Sequence record: SRR31156797_7071
DNA length: 57,896 nucleotides
Reading direction: 5' to 3' (one strand)
Made by a program: the position numbers and the translations under genes. Below the pieces are notes generated by a model that had not been told where the DNA came from, ran no database searches, and worked only from the letters and a program-made list of their open reading frames with translations. Of the stretch, positions 1-9,454 are shown piece after piece. Each line of letters opens with the position of its first letter. Position 1 is the first letter of the stretch.

Positions 1-639
1 GACCATGCTCGGCTGGGTGGATTCCCAGATAACGCAAGGGATGAGCATGAGTACTGCAAAGAAGGACATGAGGGTCATGACAGTGATCTGAGACAGTCCT
101 TCAGGTATTTTTCTAAGGATCAGGCTATAGACGGCAAAGCCCACTGCTGCCATCAGCATGAAAATGTCACCTGCGGCAAAATGCAGGCCGAGTAATTGCT
201 GAAGATCCCCGCCGGAAACAAGATAGAAGGACCCCATCAGGGCTACGGTACAGCCGATCCATGTGTTCATGGATTGTTTTTGGCCCAGCAGCGAAGATAT
301 GATGACAATAAAGATCGGTGAGGTTACCGAAATAAGGGAAAGGTTGATGGCTGAAGTTGTCTGGGCTGCAAAATAACTGAGCGGAGAGTATGCCGCCACG
401 CCGGTCAGTGCTGCTGCTATGATTTGGGGTAGAAATTTTTTAGCAACGGGCCATTCGCGTTTAACTCGTGGCAGTGTGAATGCACACAGGATGAGCAGGG
501 CCATAAACCAGCGGGTAGCACCAAGTGTCATGGGGGAAATTTCGCCCACTGCCAGTCTTGCGATAACAAACGCACCGGCCCAAAGCATTGTCGCAAGTAG
601 GGCACAGGCCATCCCGTAGTATCTCTTGTTCTTAAACAT
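1..639 (-). CDS. EamA/DMT family transporter (3' end runs off the window)
   Basis: Manual translation from ATG at 639 (RBS GGAGAG): MFKNKRYYGMACALLATMLWAGAFVIARLAVGEISPMTLGATRW...GDIFMLMAAVGFAVYSLILRK, a typical EamA repeat pattern. Absent from the ORF track because there is no stop in the window. Confidence 0.88.
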   Translation of the reverse strand, partial: MFKNKRYYGMACALLATMLWAGAFVIARLAVGEISPMTLGATRWFMALLILCAFTLPRVKREWPVAKKFLPQIIAAALTGVAAYSPLSYFAAQTTSAINLSLISVTSPIFIVIISSLLGQKQSMNTWIGCTVALMGSFYLVSGGDLQQLLGLHFAAGDIFMLMAAVGFAVYSLILRKIPEGLSQITVMTLMSFFAVLMLIPCVIWESTQPSMV

Positions 640-849
640 ACAGTCTCTCCCTTGATTGTTAAATCACCTCTTATGAATGCCGCAGTCTTTTATACTGCGA
701 CTGCCTCCACAAACACACTAGTGATGGTGCTGCCTTATACGTAATCAAACACCCCGTTTGCCCGTATTGAATTGCTACCTCCATAGCAATTGCTCTTCCC
801 TCGGCGGACACTGCATCAATCTGATTTGAGTATGTGTTGAGTCTCTTTG

Positions 850-865
850 AGCAAGTCATGTGCCA
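850..865 (-). promoter_or_regulatory. Sigma-54 (-24/-12) promoter for the EamA gene
   Basis: Minus strand reads TGGCAC-ATGAC-TTGCT, an exact match to the TGGCAC-N5-TTGCW consensus; a bEBP gene is adjacent. Confidence 0.85.
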
Positions 866-961
866 ACCAAAAGTTATAGTTTTCACTAAATAAAAGTTAA
901 GAATAATAGCATGTTAGCTAATATAACGGCTGTATGATCATTCAATCAATAAAAATATATT

Positions 962-1054
962 GAGTCGCAAGCGACTCGGTATTGAATAAACCCTTTGCTG
1001 GGCGGGTTTTTATAGATGGTGAGTCTATAATGACTCATGAGTCTGTAGTGACTC
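962..1054. promoter_or_regulatory. Three GAGTC-N6-GACTC palindromes (putative bEBP enhancer sites)
   Basis: GAGTCgcaagcGACTC 962-977, GAGTCtataatGACTC 1021-1036 and GAGTCtgtagtGACTC 1039-1054, about 100-190 bp upstream of the sigma-54 promoter. Confidence 0.75.
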
Positions 1055-1060
1055 GGTTTG

Positions 1061-2428
1061 CTAAGGCTTTGATTTGATATTGTATTTTCGAATCAGACGG
1101 GAGGCTCGTGACTGGCTGATCTTTAAGGCAGCGGCAACTTTGCGGCTGCTGCCGTGTTTGGTGACGGCGTCCATGACCAACTGCCGTTCTACTGTTTCCA
1201 AAGCATCATCAAGGCTGGCTGAGGAGGTAAGCGGTGAAATTGGGCTGGCTGTAGTTTCGTAGATAGAGGAAGGAAGATGGTCCATAGTGATGATCTCTTC
1301 CTCAACAGTCACCACCAGACGTTCCACAAGATGGGCCAGTTCGCGGATGTTTCCGGGCCATGAGTATTGGCAGAGCAGGTTTTGGGCGTCGGAGGAAAGG
1401 CGTTTGCCTTTGCCGTGTGTTTTTCCGTAGCGGTTGAAAAAGTAATGGAGTAGGGGGATCAGATCTTCCTGGCGGTCACGCAGGGAAGGTATGAGGATGT
1501 CGAAGACATTGAGCCGGAAATAAAGGTCCTGCCTGAAGGCTCCGGTTTCGACCATACGTTCCATGTTGCGGTTGGAGGCGGCAAGAATGCGTACATCGGC
1601 TTTAACTGGCGAAGAACTGCCCACAGGACGGTATTCAAGTTCCTGCACCGCATAGAGCAGTTTGGCTTGCATGGATAGGGGCAGCTCCGAAATTTCATCA
1701 AGAAAAAGTGTGCCGCCTTCAGCTTTAGCAATAAGTCCGCCCCGGGCTTTGGTGGCTCCGGAAAATGCTCCCTCTACGTGTCCGAAGAGTTCCGACTCAA
1801 AAAGTTCATGCGGAATTGCTGCACAGTTAACCACCACAAAAGGTTTGTCTGCCCGTTTGCTGTTGGCGTGGATAAATTTTGCCAGCAAACTTTTACCGCA
1901 TCCAGATTCGCCCAGAAGTAGGCAGGGGGCGCTGATGGAAGCAACCTTACGAGCAGCAATGACAGTCTGTTCCATCAATGAACTGCGATAGATCAGGTCT
2001 TCAGGCTTGGCAGCGGAAGGGTCTTCGTTGTTGGCAGTAAGTTCTTCAGGGTGGAGAATACGGCCTTCGTGGAAGTTATCACGAATGCTGAGCAGTACGT
2101 ATTCAACTTCCTGTTCGTTATCCAGCAGGGGGACTGCAATGGTCAGTACTTCAAGGCCCAGATATGTTTTCTGTTCCTGTTTAGCCGGGAGTTTTCTTTC
2201 ATAGACAAGAGGCAGGATGGGGCGGTCCCATGAATTGTGTTTGCTGACCACATCCCAGAAAGGCATGTTGATCATTTCCTGCTGGGTGAATCCGTAGTGA
2301 CGTTCACAGGCTTTGTTCACGTAGAGCATGCGATAGTTGTTATCGTAGATGATGATCTCATCATGCAGGTTGTCGATAAGTCTCGCAAATGTTCCGAAGT
2401 CTAGTCCGAAGTGTTCTGTCTTGCTCAT
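1061..2428 (-). CDS. PAS-domain sigma-54-dependent transcriptional activator (bEBP)
   Basis: N-terminal PAS; Walker A GESGCGKS; ESELFGH..GAFSGA; FLDEI; FRQDLYFRL; WPGNIREL; C-terminal HTH. Confidence 0.93.
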   Translation of the reverse strand: MSKTEHFGLDFGTFARLIDNLHDEIIIYDNNYRMLYVNKACERHYGFTQQEMINMPFWDVVSKHNSWDRPILPLVYERKLPAKQEQKTYLGLEVLTIAVPLLDNEQEVEYVLLSIRDNFHEGRILHPEELTANNEDPSAAKPEDLIYRSSLMEQTVIAARKVASISAPCLLLGESGCGKSLLAKFIHANSKRADKPFVVVNCAAIPHELFESELFGHVEGAFSGATKARGGLIAKAEGGTLFLDEISELPLSMQAKLLYAVQELEYRPVGSSSPVKADVRILAASNRNMERMVETGAFRQDLYFRLNVFDILIPSLRDRQEDLIPLLHYFFNRYGKTHGKGKRLSSDAQNLLCQYSWPGNIRELAHLVERLVVTVEEEIITMDHLPSSIYETTASPISPLTSSASLDDALETVERQLVMDAVTKHGSSRKVAAALKISQSRASRLIRKYNIKSKP

Positions 2429-2516
2429 GGTAAACTGTCCCGCATCTGTTGACTGTTAAAACTACCTGTAAATAGTTCTGGGGGCAGTAATAAGTCAAAT
2501 GGCTTTTGTATCAATG

Positions 2517-5500
2517 TTACAATTCCTTACGGCCAAGCTTCTCCATATCTGCAAGATATTGCGGTGACTGGTCCAGATAGAAGGCAAGGGCTTTGGAAAA
2601 ATGCTTGCCCACCAGACCGTCTACAAAGACTTGGCTGATCTCCTTGTGCCGTTTCAGAATCAGCTGTGAACGATAGAATATGAGCCATTCCTCACGGGAC
2701 ATGTTTTGCATAACAATGGCCAATGCTTTTCGTGAACGCGGCTGGTAAAGCCAAAAATACATGAGATCAAGGGCATTTACGATGATCAGTCTTTCAAGGT
2801 CTTGCGCTTCCTTGCTTAAAGTTCGCATCATGAGTTTCGGGCTTTGCAGCATTTCAAGTACATCTTCTTCGGGGAACATGAGGTCCAGTCTGGAGAAAAC
2901 CGAAAAGAGCTGAGCTATTTTGGTTTTGTATCCGGTAAGTCTGGCTTTGATGTTGGCCTGCCTGTCGGCGAGTCCTTCGATAAAGGCCGCAACTCCGTCT
3001 GATGCGAACTTAGAGATGATCGCTGCCCATTTTTGCAGGATTCCGGTGGCGTCCGGGATTCCAGCCATGCCCAGCGAGGCTCCGATCAGTCCGCTTAAGG
3101 CTACAGCTACGGGAATGGCGAGGATGGACCTGAAAAAGTTGCCCACAGTTGCTCCCTTGGGCAGTCCCCGGATGGCATTGTGGCTGGAAAGATAAATACC
3201 GTTAGCCAGTCCCATTACCGAATAGAGCAGTATGGGATCGGTGGCGGTGGTTATTCCGAAGGTGTTGTCCAGCAGCAGGGTTTTGATCAGATAATCCAGC
3301 AGGGGAACTGAGAATCCGGTGTAGAGCAGGGAGTCGGAAATGCGGCTCCAACTGACCAGCGAGTTCCATGGTAAAAGGGGAGAACGGCGCAAGCCTCCTC
3401 CGCCGAGAACCGACTGGATAATGTTGCGTGACCCGGTGATGGCAAACCAGATTACCGCACCGAAATAGGAAAGCAGCCACCAGTCCTTGGTCAGGTAAAA
3501 GGTCAGGAAAGCGGGGATAAAACCCAGCAGGACCTTGGCTGTATTTTTGATGTTGGTATTCAGGTAATTCCATGGCTTGCCCAGAGAATCTGCATTTTGT
3601 TTGCTTTCCTCGCTGTTGTCGGGCTGGATGTGCAGTCCGCCCAATGTGCCGATGTTACCCGGTTTGCCCGCATGTATCCTGAAGGAATCAAGGGTCCATT
3701 TTACCCGGCGCCCGCCTTTGTCTTCAGATAGACGGGATAGTTTGCGTCGGCTAAGGCCTACCTTGCTGTTGACACTCTTGGTCATCAGGGCACTGACTGG
3801 AATACGGTTTCGTCCTTCCCCGCAATTATTGCGGTAAAAAGGTTTGCGCGCCCGCGCCGGCAGAGTGTCCAGAACCACGAAACCCATGCCGTGTCTGTGT
3901 TCCGCCTGTCCGGTTGAGCCTGACCCGATGCGGGATTTCAGGCTGCGTTTGCGGTAGACAGTATGGAATTTTTCAAGATCTGAGAGAATGGCAACCAGCT
4001 CGGGCTTGCGCTTCTGCATGCCATTAAGGGATATTGTTTCAGAATCTGTTTTTAATTGTTCAAGCTGATCGTCATAATCATAAATGATTTCGCGGATGGC
4101 GCTTTTTAGGGTGATAACGCTATCTTCGTTGAGAGCCTTTTGTAGTCTGCCGATGAGTTTGTAATGCTTTTCCTGTCCGGTTAGCTGGGTTCCCTGTTCT
4201 TCGCCACTGGTTTCCTTGCAGACATCTTTGAGGTTGTAAGCCTCAATATGGGTGATCATGCCTCTGCCGTCATAAAGTAGTTCCAGTGTATCCTGTGCGG
4301 TGAGGTTGGCAAGGTTGAGGGTGAATTTAGAGCTGGAGTGAATACGCAGCAAACGGGTCATCAGTTCATTGATGTTGCAGCGCAGGAGTTCCGGAAGCTC
4401 AGTGTCTTTATGCGGCTCAGCCGGATCATGCAGCTGCGGGTTCTTTGCAGGGACCAGATACTCGGCAATGATTGTTCTTACGGTCAGTGCTCGGAGCAGT
4501 TCCTTTTGCTTCGGAGTGAGCAATGTCTCTTCTTTATCCTCAGCATACAGAGCTAGTTTATTGTGGATAAATCGTCCAAGATGCAGGATGGAAGGTTGTC
4601 CGGTGCCTACGAAATCAAGAAATTCATCCTGACTCAGCAGGGGGAGTTGTAAGTCCAGTTGTTTACCAAGGATATTGCGGTGCTTACTGTTAAATTCAGT
4701 GAGAACATCAAAAACATACTTTTGCTGATAACGGGAGACCTCTCTTCCTTGTTCAAAGAGTTCGATCACGCGCTCTTTTTCCATAAATTTATGGAAGGTG
4801 GAACTGTCGGAAAGTACGTTTGGTTCCCATGTGAAACGGACGAATTTGTCCCGGAAACGGGCTGACAGTTCAATGCCTACCCGGACCTTGATATCGAGTA
4901 TGCTGCCTGCTTCAAGTAGTTCAGCAATGACCTGCGGGCTTACGTAGTTATAGTAGACAACAGTGAGTTCACGGATGCCTTTGATCCATGCATCCATGAT
5001 CAGGTGGGTGGGGGATTTTCTACCCTTAGTATTGGCATCATGGACATGGTCGTCAAAGGCGTATTGATTCCATTCTTCCGGCATTTCAATCAGATGATAT
5101 TTTGCCAGTTCTTTTCTGATCTTGCGTGGATTTCCTGCTGAAACCATGCGAAAATCATGGGCCAGCTTGAGTCTGTTCAGCTCACTGTTGCCCGGCCGGA
5201 CCAGCTTTTTCATGATTTGCAGAAGGACCCGGGCCGTATTTTTGCGGTAAAATCCTGAAGAAGAGAGGAAGACTTCATCGCGCAGGGAGCGCAGGGCTTT
5301 AAGTCTGTCGTGGGCCATGCCTTTTTCAAAGCTGCCCAGCAGGCTGATAACAGCATAGGCAATGCGCAGCCCTTGCGGCGCGGCCATTTCCTTGATCCCG
5401 TGGGGATGCATGTATTCAACAAAAAGGGAGCGGAAAGCGCGGGATTTAGGACCACGCTTGAGGACGTCGTCAACAATCTGCAGCAGCTGATAGTCGAGCT

Positions 5501-5531
5501 TATCGAAGAAAAGAGAAGATATTCTGGTCAT
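2517..5531 (-). CDS. Large hypothetical protein: degenerate PHP-like domain plus C-terminal multi-pass membrane domain
   Basis: 1004-aa ORF. DDHVHDANTKG and VRVGIELS resemble PHP motifs; several hydrophobic helices lie at about aa 665-850. Confidence 0.7.
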   Translation of the reverse strand: MTRISSLFFDKLDYQLLQIVDDVLKRGPKSRAFRSLFVEYMHPHGIKEMAAPQGLRIAYAVISLLGSFEKGMAHDRLKALRSLRDEVFLSSSGFYRKNTARVLLQIMKKLVRPGNSELNRLKLAHDFRMVSAGNPRKIRKELAKYHLIEMPEEWNQYAFDDHVHDANTKGRKSPTHLIMDAWIKGIRELTVVYYNYVSPQVIAELLEAGSILDIKVRVGIELSARFRDKFVRFTWEPNVLSDSSTFHKFMEKERVIELFEQGREVSRYQQKYVFDVLTEFNSKHRNILGKQLDLQLPLLSQDEFLDFVGTGQPSILHLGRFIHNKLALYAEDKEETLLTPKQKELLRALTVRTIIAEYLVPAKNPQLHDPAEPHKDTELPELLRCNINELMTRLLRIHSSSKFTLNLANLTAQDTLELLYDGRGMITHIEAYNLKDVCKETSGEEQGTQLTGQEKHYKLIGRLQKALNEDSVITLKSAIREIIYDYDDQLEQLKTDSETISLNGMQKRKPELVAILSDLEKFHTVYRKRSLKSRIGSGSTGQAEHRHGMGFVVLDTLPARARKPFYRNNCGEGRNRIPVSALMTKSVNSKVGLSRRKLSRLSEDKGGRRVKWTLDSFRIHAGKPGNIGTLGGLHIQPDNSEESKQNADSLGKPWNYLNTNIKNTAKVLLGFIPAFLTFYLTKDWWLLSYFGAVIWFAITGSRNIIQSVLGGGGLRRSPLLPWNSLVSWSRISDSLLYTGFSVPLLDYLIKTLLLDNTFGITTATDPILLYSVMGLANGIYLSSHNAIRGLPKGATVGNFFRSILAIPVAVALSGLIGASLGMAGIPDATGILQKWAAIISKFASDGVAAFIEGLADRQANIKARLTGYKTKIAQLFSVFSRLDLMFPEEDVLEMLQSPKLMMRTLSKEAQDLERLIIVNALDLMYFWLYQPRSRKALAIVMQNMSREEWLIFYRSQLILKRHKEISQVFVDGLVGKHFSKALAFYLDQSPQYLADMEKLGRKEL

Positions 5532-5592
5532 GGCATGGAGTTGGTTCGGGGCTGGCAGAAGCCATAAGCCCCGTGCCTGACCCCGTGTCCGG

Positions 5593-6534
5593 TTAAATTT
5601 TATAATCAGTCAGCGTGCGCGCGGCCTCCGCGTAGAAATCAGTGAAGATTCCGTCAACTCCAGCTTTCGCAAGGGCTTTCCATTCTTCAGGCTGGTTAGC
5701 GGTATACACAAAGACAGCAAGATTGCGTGCATGTGCTTTTTCAATGAATTCCGGCAGAATGGTCAGGTACCAGAGGTTCACCGAAGTGGCATTCATTGCA
5801 GTGGCACTGTCCAGCAGTTCATCAGTGTAATAACGCCCGTTGAGGCAGTCCTTCAGTTCCTGACTGAGCAGACTGTGGATCTGTTGATCTTTACAAATTC
5901 TATCAAGAAGCTCCAGATTTTCCGCTAATACAGGAAAACGGGGCAGCATGTAGTCTTCATTGCCGTATGCGAAAAGCTCGGCAAAGTATTGCTCCGCTTC
6001 CGGTCCGGTTTTTTCCAGCAAAAGGTTCCGCCGTATGGCACCATCCAGCAGTGCAATTTGAGCCTCGGGGCAGACTTCGCGGAGAGCTTTCAGTTCCTCC
6101 CAGTTGAAAGAACTGACCAGCAGATCGGATACTGCAAGTTTTTCGACAGCAACGTATTCGTTAAACAATTCTCCGGCCTGTTTGCCGGTATTGTTGCCCT
6201 TTAATTCCATGTGGATTGCCGGACGCACGTCTGCTTTACAGGAAGCAAAGAAGTCAAAGACTTCAGCCAGAAATGGAATGCGGTCTTCACCTTGTGCTGG
6301 ATCACCAGCAAAGAGGGATTTCAGGGTGGCGGAATCCGTGCTGGAGACTTCTCCCTTGCCAGTAGAGACCTCTTCGAGGTCAAGGTTGTGGACGACCACC
6401 AATTCTTTATCTGCGCTGAGTTGCACATCAAATTCAATGGCCGGAACACCTTCGGAGGTTACTTTTTTAAAGGAACGGATGGTGTTCTGGTTATATCCGG
6501 GGTACTTACAGCCCCGATGGCCGATGAGTATCAT
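5593..6534 (-). CDS. Glycerophosphodiester phosphodiesterase (GDPD, UgpQ-like, cytoplasmic)
   Basis: IGHRG, QNTI, IEFDVQLSAD..VVVH, MELK, VSSFN, VYTAN, GVDGIFTD; no signal peptide. Confidence 0.92.
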   Translation of the reverse strand: MILIGHRGCKYPGYNQNTIRSFKKVTSEGVPAIEFDVQLSADKELVVVHNLDLEEVSTGKGEVSSTDSATLKSLFAGDPAQGEDRIPFLAEVFDFFASCKADVRPAIHMELKGNNTGKQAGELFNEYVAVEKLAVSDLLVSSFNWEELKALREVCPEAQIALLDGAIRRNLLLEKTGPEAEQYFAELFAYGNEDYMLPRFPVLAENLELLDRICKDQQIHSLLSQELKDCLNGRYYTDELLDSATAMNATSVNLWYLTILPEFIEKAHARNLAVFVYTANQPEEWKALAKAGVDGIFTDFYAEAARTLTDYKI

Positions 6535-6545
6535 TTAAAACTCCA

Positions 6546-7826
6546 CTATAGGATATTGGGTAGAAACATGACCACGGAGGGCATGTAAGTTACGATTACC
6601 AGAACAATGAGCAGGGCCAGAATAAAGGGCCATATCTCACGGCAGAACTCGCCCACAGTTGACCCGGTAATGGCGCAGGTCGTGAACATCATTGAGCCGA
6701 ATGGCGGCGTTATTCCCCCGATCATAATGTTTACGATCATGATCAGACCGAAATGAATAAGGTCAATACCCATGCCTTTAACCAACGGCACCAGCAGCGG
6801 GGCTACGATGATCAGCAGTGCTCCTCCTTCAAGGAACATTCCGAGAAACAGGAGTAGGAAGTTTATTACAACCAGAATGAGCCATGGGGATTCGGATATA
6901 GCCAGAATGCTTTTGGTCAACTGATGGGGAATGCGTTCCCAACTCATGTACTGTCCGAATACGGAGGCGGCGATAACGATCAGCATGACCGAGCTGGTGC
7001 CCAGAATGGTGTTTTTCATGATGATGGGAAAATGTTCCCATCTTAGTTGTTTATAAAAGAAAACTCCGATGATGATACAGAACAGCACGGCCATGGCTCC
7101 GGCTTCAGTGGGGGTAAATACACCGAAACGAATACCGGCGATGATGCCCAGCGGGAGTAAAAGACCCCAGATGGATTCGCGGAACTGTTTGAATATTTCC
7201 TTGCCGGAAGCCATTTTTTCGCGGGAAGGCTTGTAGTTTCTTTTCTTGGCAATGAAATGAACGGTGAGCATTAGTCCAAGGCACATGAGAAGCCCCGGAG
7301 TGTAACCACCGATGAACATTTTTGCTACTGAAACCTGTGCAATGAGAGCGTAAATTATCAAGTTGATGCCCGGCGGGATTACCGGGGCAATTGCAGATGA
7401 AGCGGCGGTGATGGCGGTAGCAAACGGCGCGCTGTATCCGCGTTTGGTCATTTGCGGGACAATGATCTTGGACTGCATGGCTGCGTCCGCGTTGGCTGAT
7501 CCGGAAATTCCACCCATAAGGGTGGAGAGCAGTACGTTAACCTGAGCCAGACCGCCGCGTAGGTGTCCGGTCAGTACTTCTGCCATCTTCATGAGAGCGG
7601 CGCTGATTCCTGAGAAGTTCATAATTTCTCCGGCCATGATGAAAAACGGAATGGCCAGCAAAGGAAAGGATGCGGTGGATGTAATGAACTTCTGTAGGAT
7701 AAGGTCAGGCGGTGTGCCGACATCGCCGAAAGTGAAATATGCAAGGCCTGCGGCCAAAAGGGCAAAAGCAATGGGAATACTGGTAAAATACAGCGCCATT
7801 ACAATGGTTACGGGAAATGTAAGCAT
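6546..7826 (-). CDS. dctM: TRAP transporter large permease
   Basis: FPLLAIPFFIMAG, GGISGSANADAA, IPPG, FTPTEAG and ITPPFG motifs; 426 aa, hydrophobic. Confidence 0.95.
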   Translation of the reverse strand: MLTFPVTIVMALYFTSIPIAFALLAAGLAYFTFGDVGTPPDLILQKFITSTASFPLLAIPFFIMAGEIMNFSGISAALMKMAEVLTGHLRGGLAQVNVLLSTLMGGISGSANADAAMQSKIIVPQMTKRGYSAPFATAITAASSAIAPVIPPGINLIIYALIAQVSVAKMFIGGYTPGLLMCLGLMLTVHFIAKKRNYKPSREKMASGKEIFKQFRESIWGLLLPLGIIAGIRFGVFTPTEAGAMAVLFCIIIGVFFYKQLRWEHFPIIMKNTILGTSSVMLIVIAASVFGQYMSWERIPHQLTKSILAISESPWLILVVINFLLLFLGMFLEGGALLIIVAPLLVPLVKGMGIDLIHFGLIMIVNIMIGGITPPFGSMMFTTCAITGSTVGEFCREIWPFILALLIVLVIVTYMPSVVMFLPNIL

Positions 7827-7830
7827 GATT

Positions 7831-8328
7831 CTACTCTCCTTCTTCTGCCTGTTTGCCGAAAAGTTTTCCTAAATCCTGATACAGGAAAGCCAGTGCATAG
7901 ACAGCCATCAGGGAGAAACCGACTGTAAGTGCCAGATTCACGTAAATGGCGGGAATATCGAGAACAGGGGTGCGTTTCAGCTTGTTTGCCTGAATGTAAA
8001 GAACGCTGAGATAGACGATGTAGCCGTTGATGATGAACATCATGAGGTCGATGACCACAGCAATGAATCTGCGCCAGACTTTGGGCCCTACCTTGCTGAT
8101 CATGTCAATGCCGATGTGCATTTTGTGGCGGTATGCAGCGGCGGAACCAACGAAAACGGACCAGATGAATGCGGTTGTAGCCACTTCTTCGGCCCAGAAA
8201 AGTCCGCCTTGGAAAAGATAGCGCAGCCCTACATTGACGATGACCACTGCAACGGTAATGCACAGAAAGAATCCGCTGAGCAGAAGGTCGAAATTTTTGA
8301 AAATAAATTTGGATGCTGTAGTAGACAT
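7831..8328 (-). CDS. dctQ: TRAP transporter small permease
   Basis: Four TM segments; LRY..WAEE; HIGID; lies between dctP and dctM. Confidence 0.93.
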   Translation of the reverse strand: MSTTASKFIFKNFDLLLSGFFLCITVAVVIVNVGLRYLFQGGLFWAEEVATTAFIWSVFVGSAAAYRHKMHIGIDMISKVGPKVWRRFIAVVIDLMMFIINGYIVYLSVLYIQANKLKRTPVLDIPAIYVNLALTVGFSLMAVYALAFLYQDLGKLFGKQAEEGE

Positions 8329-8344
8329 TATTCACCACCAAAAG

Positions 8345-8376
8345 CAGGGCATGGAAGCGCAGGCTCCCATGCCCTG
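8345..8376 (-). other. Intercistronic stem-loop after dctP
   Basis: CAGGGCATGG...CCATGCCCTG inverted repeat between dctP and dctQ, in a position typical of mRNA-stabilising or attenuating hairpins. Confidence 0.6.
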
Positions 8377-8386
8377 AATTAATTGT

Positions 8387-9388
8387 TTATCTCATTGCGT
8401 CGAGTTCTTTGAAGATAGACTGATAGATACCGGGAGTCATACCTTTCTGTTCTTTGTAGAGAGGCTTGAGAGCTGCGCGGAAAGCGTCGCCGTCAACTTC
8501 GTTGAACCTCACGCCGTAGGATTCCAGTTCTTTAACCACGCCGCCGTGCTGGGACTTGAGCAGGTTGACCATGTGGTTTGCACCATTGGTGAATTCATCC
8601 TGAATGATTTTCTGGTACTTGGCCGGAATATCGTTCCAAACCTTGGTGGAGATGTATACACCGCAGGTACCGAGGATGTGGCGGGTGTTGGCTACATTCT
8701 TGGTCGGGCCTTCGTATACTTTGGTGCCGATGTTGGTGAATTCGGAACCTTCGAGGCCGTCAACTACGCCCTGCTGTACTGCGGAGAGGGTTTCGCCCCA
8801 AGGCAGGGGAGTGGCAACCGCGCCCATGGCGGTGAGGGTGTCGATATATGATTTGGAACCGGGGGTACGGATTTTCATGCCTTTGAGATCAGCAGGAGTC
8901 TTGATTACTTTCTGGGTGATCAGGTTACGGAAACCGTAAATGAAATCGAGAGCGAGAATTTTGATACCCTGTTTTTCCGCTTCGGCTTGCATTTTTTTAA
9001 CGAGGTCGGACTGGGTCAGGGTGACGTATTCGTCAAAGCTGCGGTAAAGCATGGGAGCGTAGAGAGCTTTGAAGTCGGGAACGTAGTCGCCGATGAAAGA
9101 TGGGTCTTCAACAGAGATAAATCTGGCACCGCGAACAACCTGTTCCACGCCTTCCTTGTATGCGGGAAGCTGAGCCTGCGGGAAAGTCTGGATGTTGATA
9201 GCACCATCGGTTTTTTCGTAGATGGATTCAGATACAGCATCCATGGATTTGGAAAGCTGTTCAGCAGGGCTAAAAACGTGACTCAGTTTCAGGGTCAGTT
9301 TGTAGTCGTCCGCCATACACATTGTGCCCATGGACAGGATCAGAACAGCCCCTGCACAAAGCACGGAAAGGGTCTTCTTGAAGCTCAT
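8387..9388 (-). CDS. dctP: TRAP periplasmic substrate-binding protein
   Basis: Signal peptide; GFRNL, DLKGMKIRTP, PLPWGETLSAVQQGVVDGLE. Confidence 0.94.
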   Translation of the reverse strand: MSFKKTLSVLCAGAVLILSMGTMCMADDYKLTLKLSHVFSPAEQLSKSMDAVSESIYEKTDGAINIQTFPQAQLPAYKEGVEQVVRGARFISVEDPSFIGDYVPDFKALYAPMLYRSFDEYVTLTQSDLVKKMQAEAEKQGIKILALDFIYGFRNLITQKVIKTPADLKGMKIRTPGSKSYIDTLTAMGAVATPLPWGETLSAVQQGVVDGLEGSEFTNIGTKVYEGPTKNVANTRHILGTCGVYISTKVWNDIPAKYQKIIQDEFTNGANHMVNLLKSQHGGVVKELESYGVRFNEVDGDAFRAALKPLYKEQKGMTPGIYQSIFKELDAMR

Positions 9389-9454
9389 TTTAATCTTCCT
9401 CCTAAAGGTTCCTTACTTATCAGGATTACAGCAACAATTGCCGCAATCCTTTTG

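Noticed and set aside
671-886. 71-aa minus-strand ORF upstream of the EamA gene
   Set aside because: It starts upstream of, and runs through, the sigma-54 promoter, and has no RBS or recognisable motif; better explained as promoter plus leader.
1026-1031. TATAAT as a sigma-70 -10 box
   Set aside because: It is the variable spacer of one GAGTC-N6-GACTC palindrome, with no matching -35 and no sense gene downstream.
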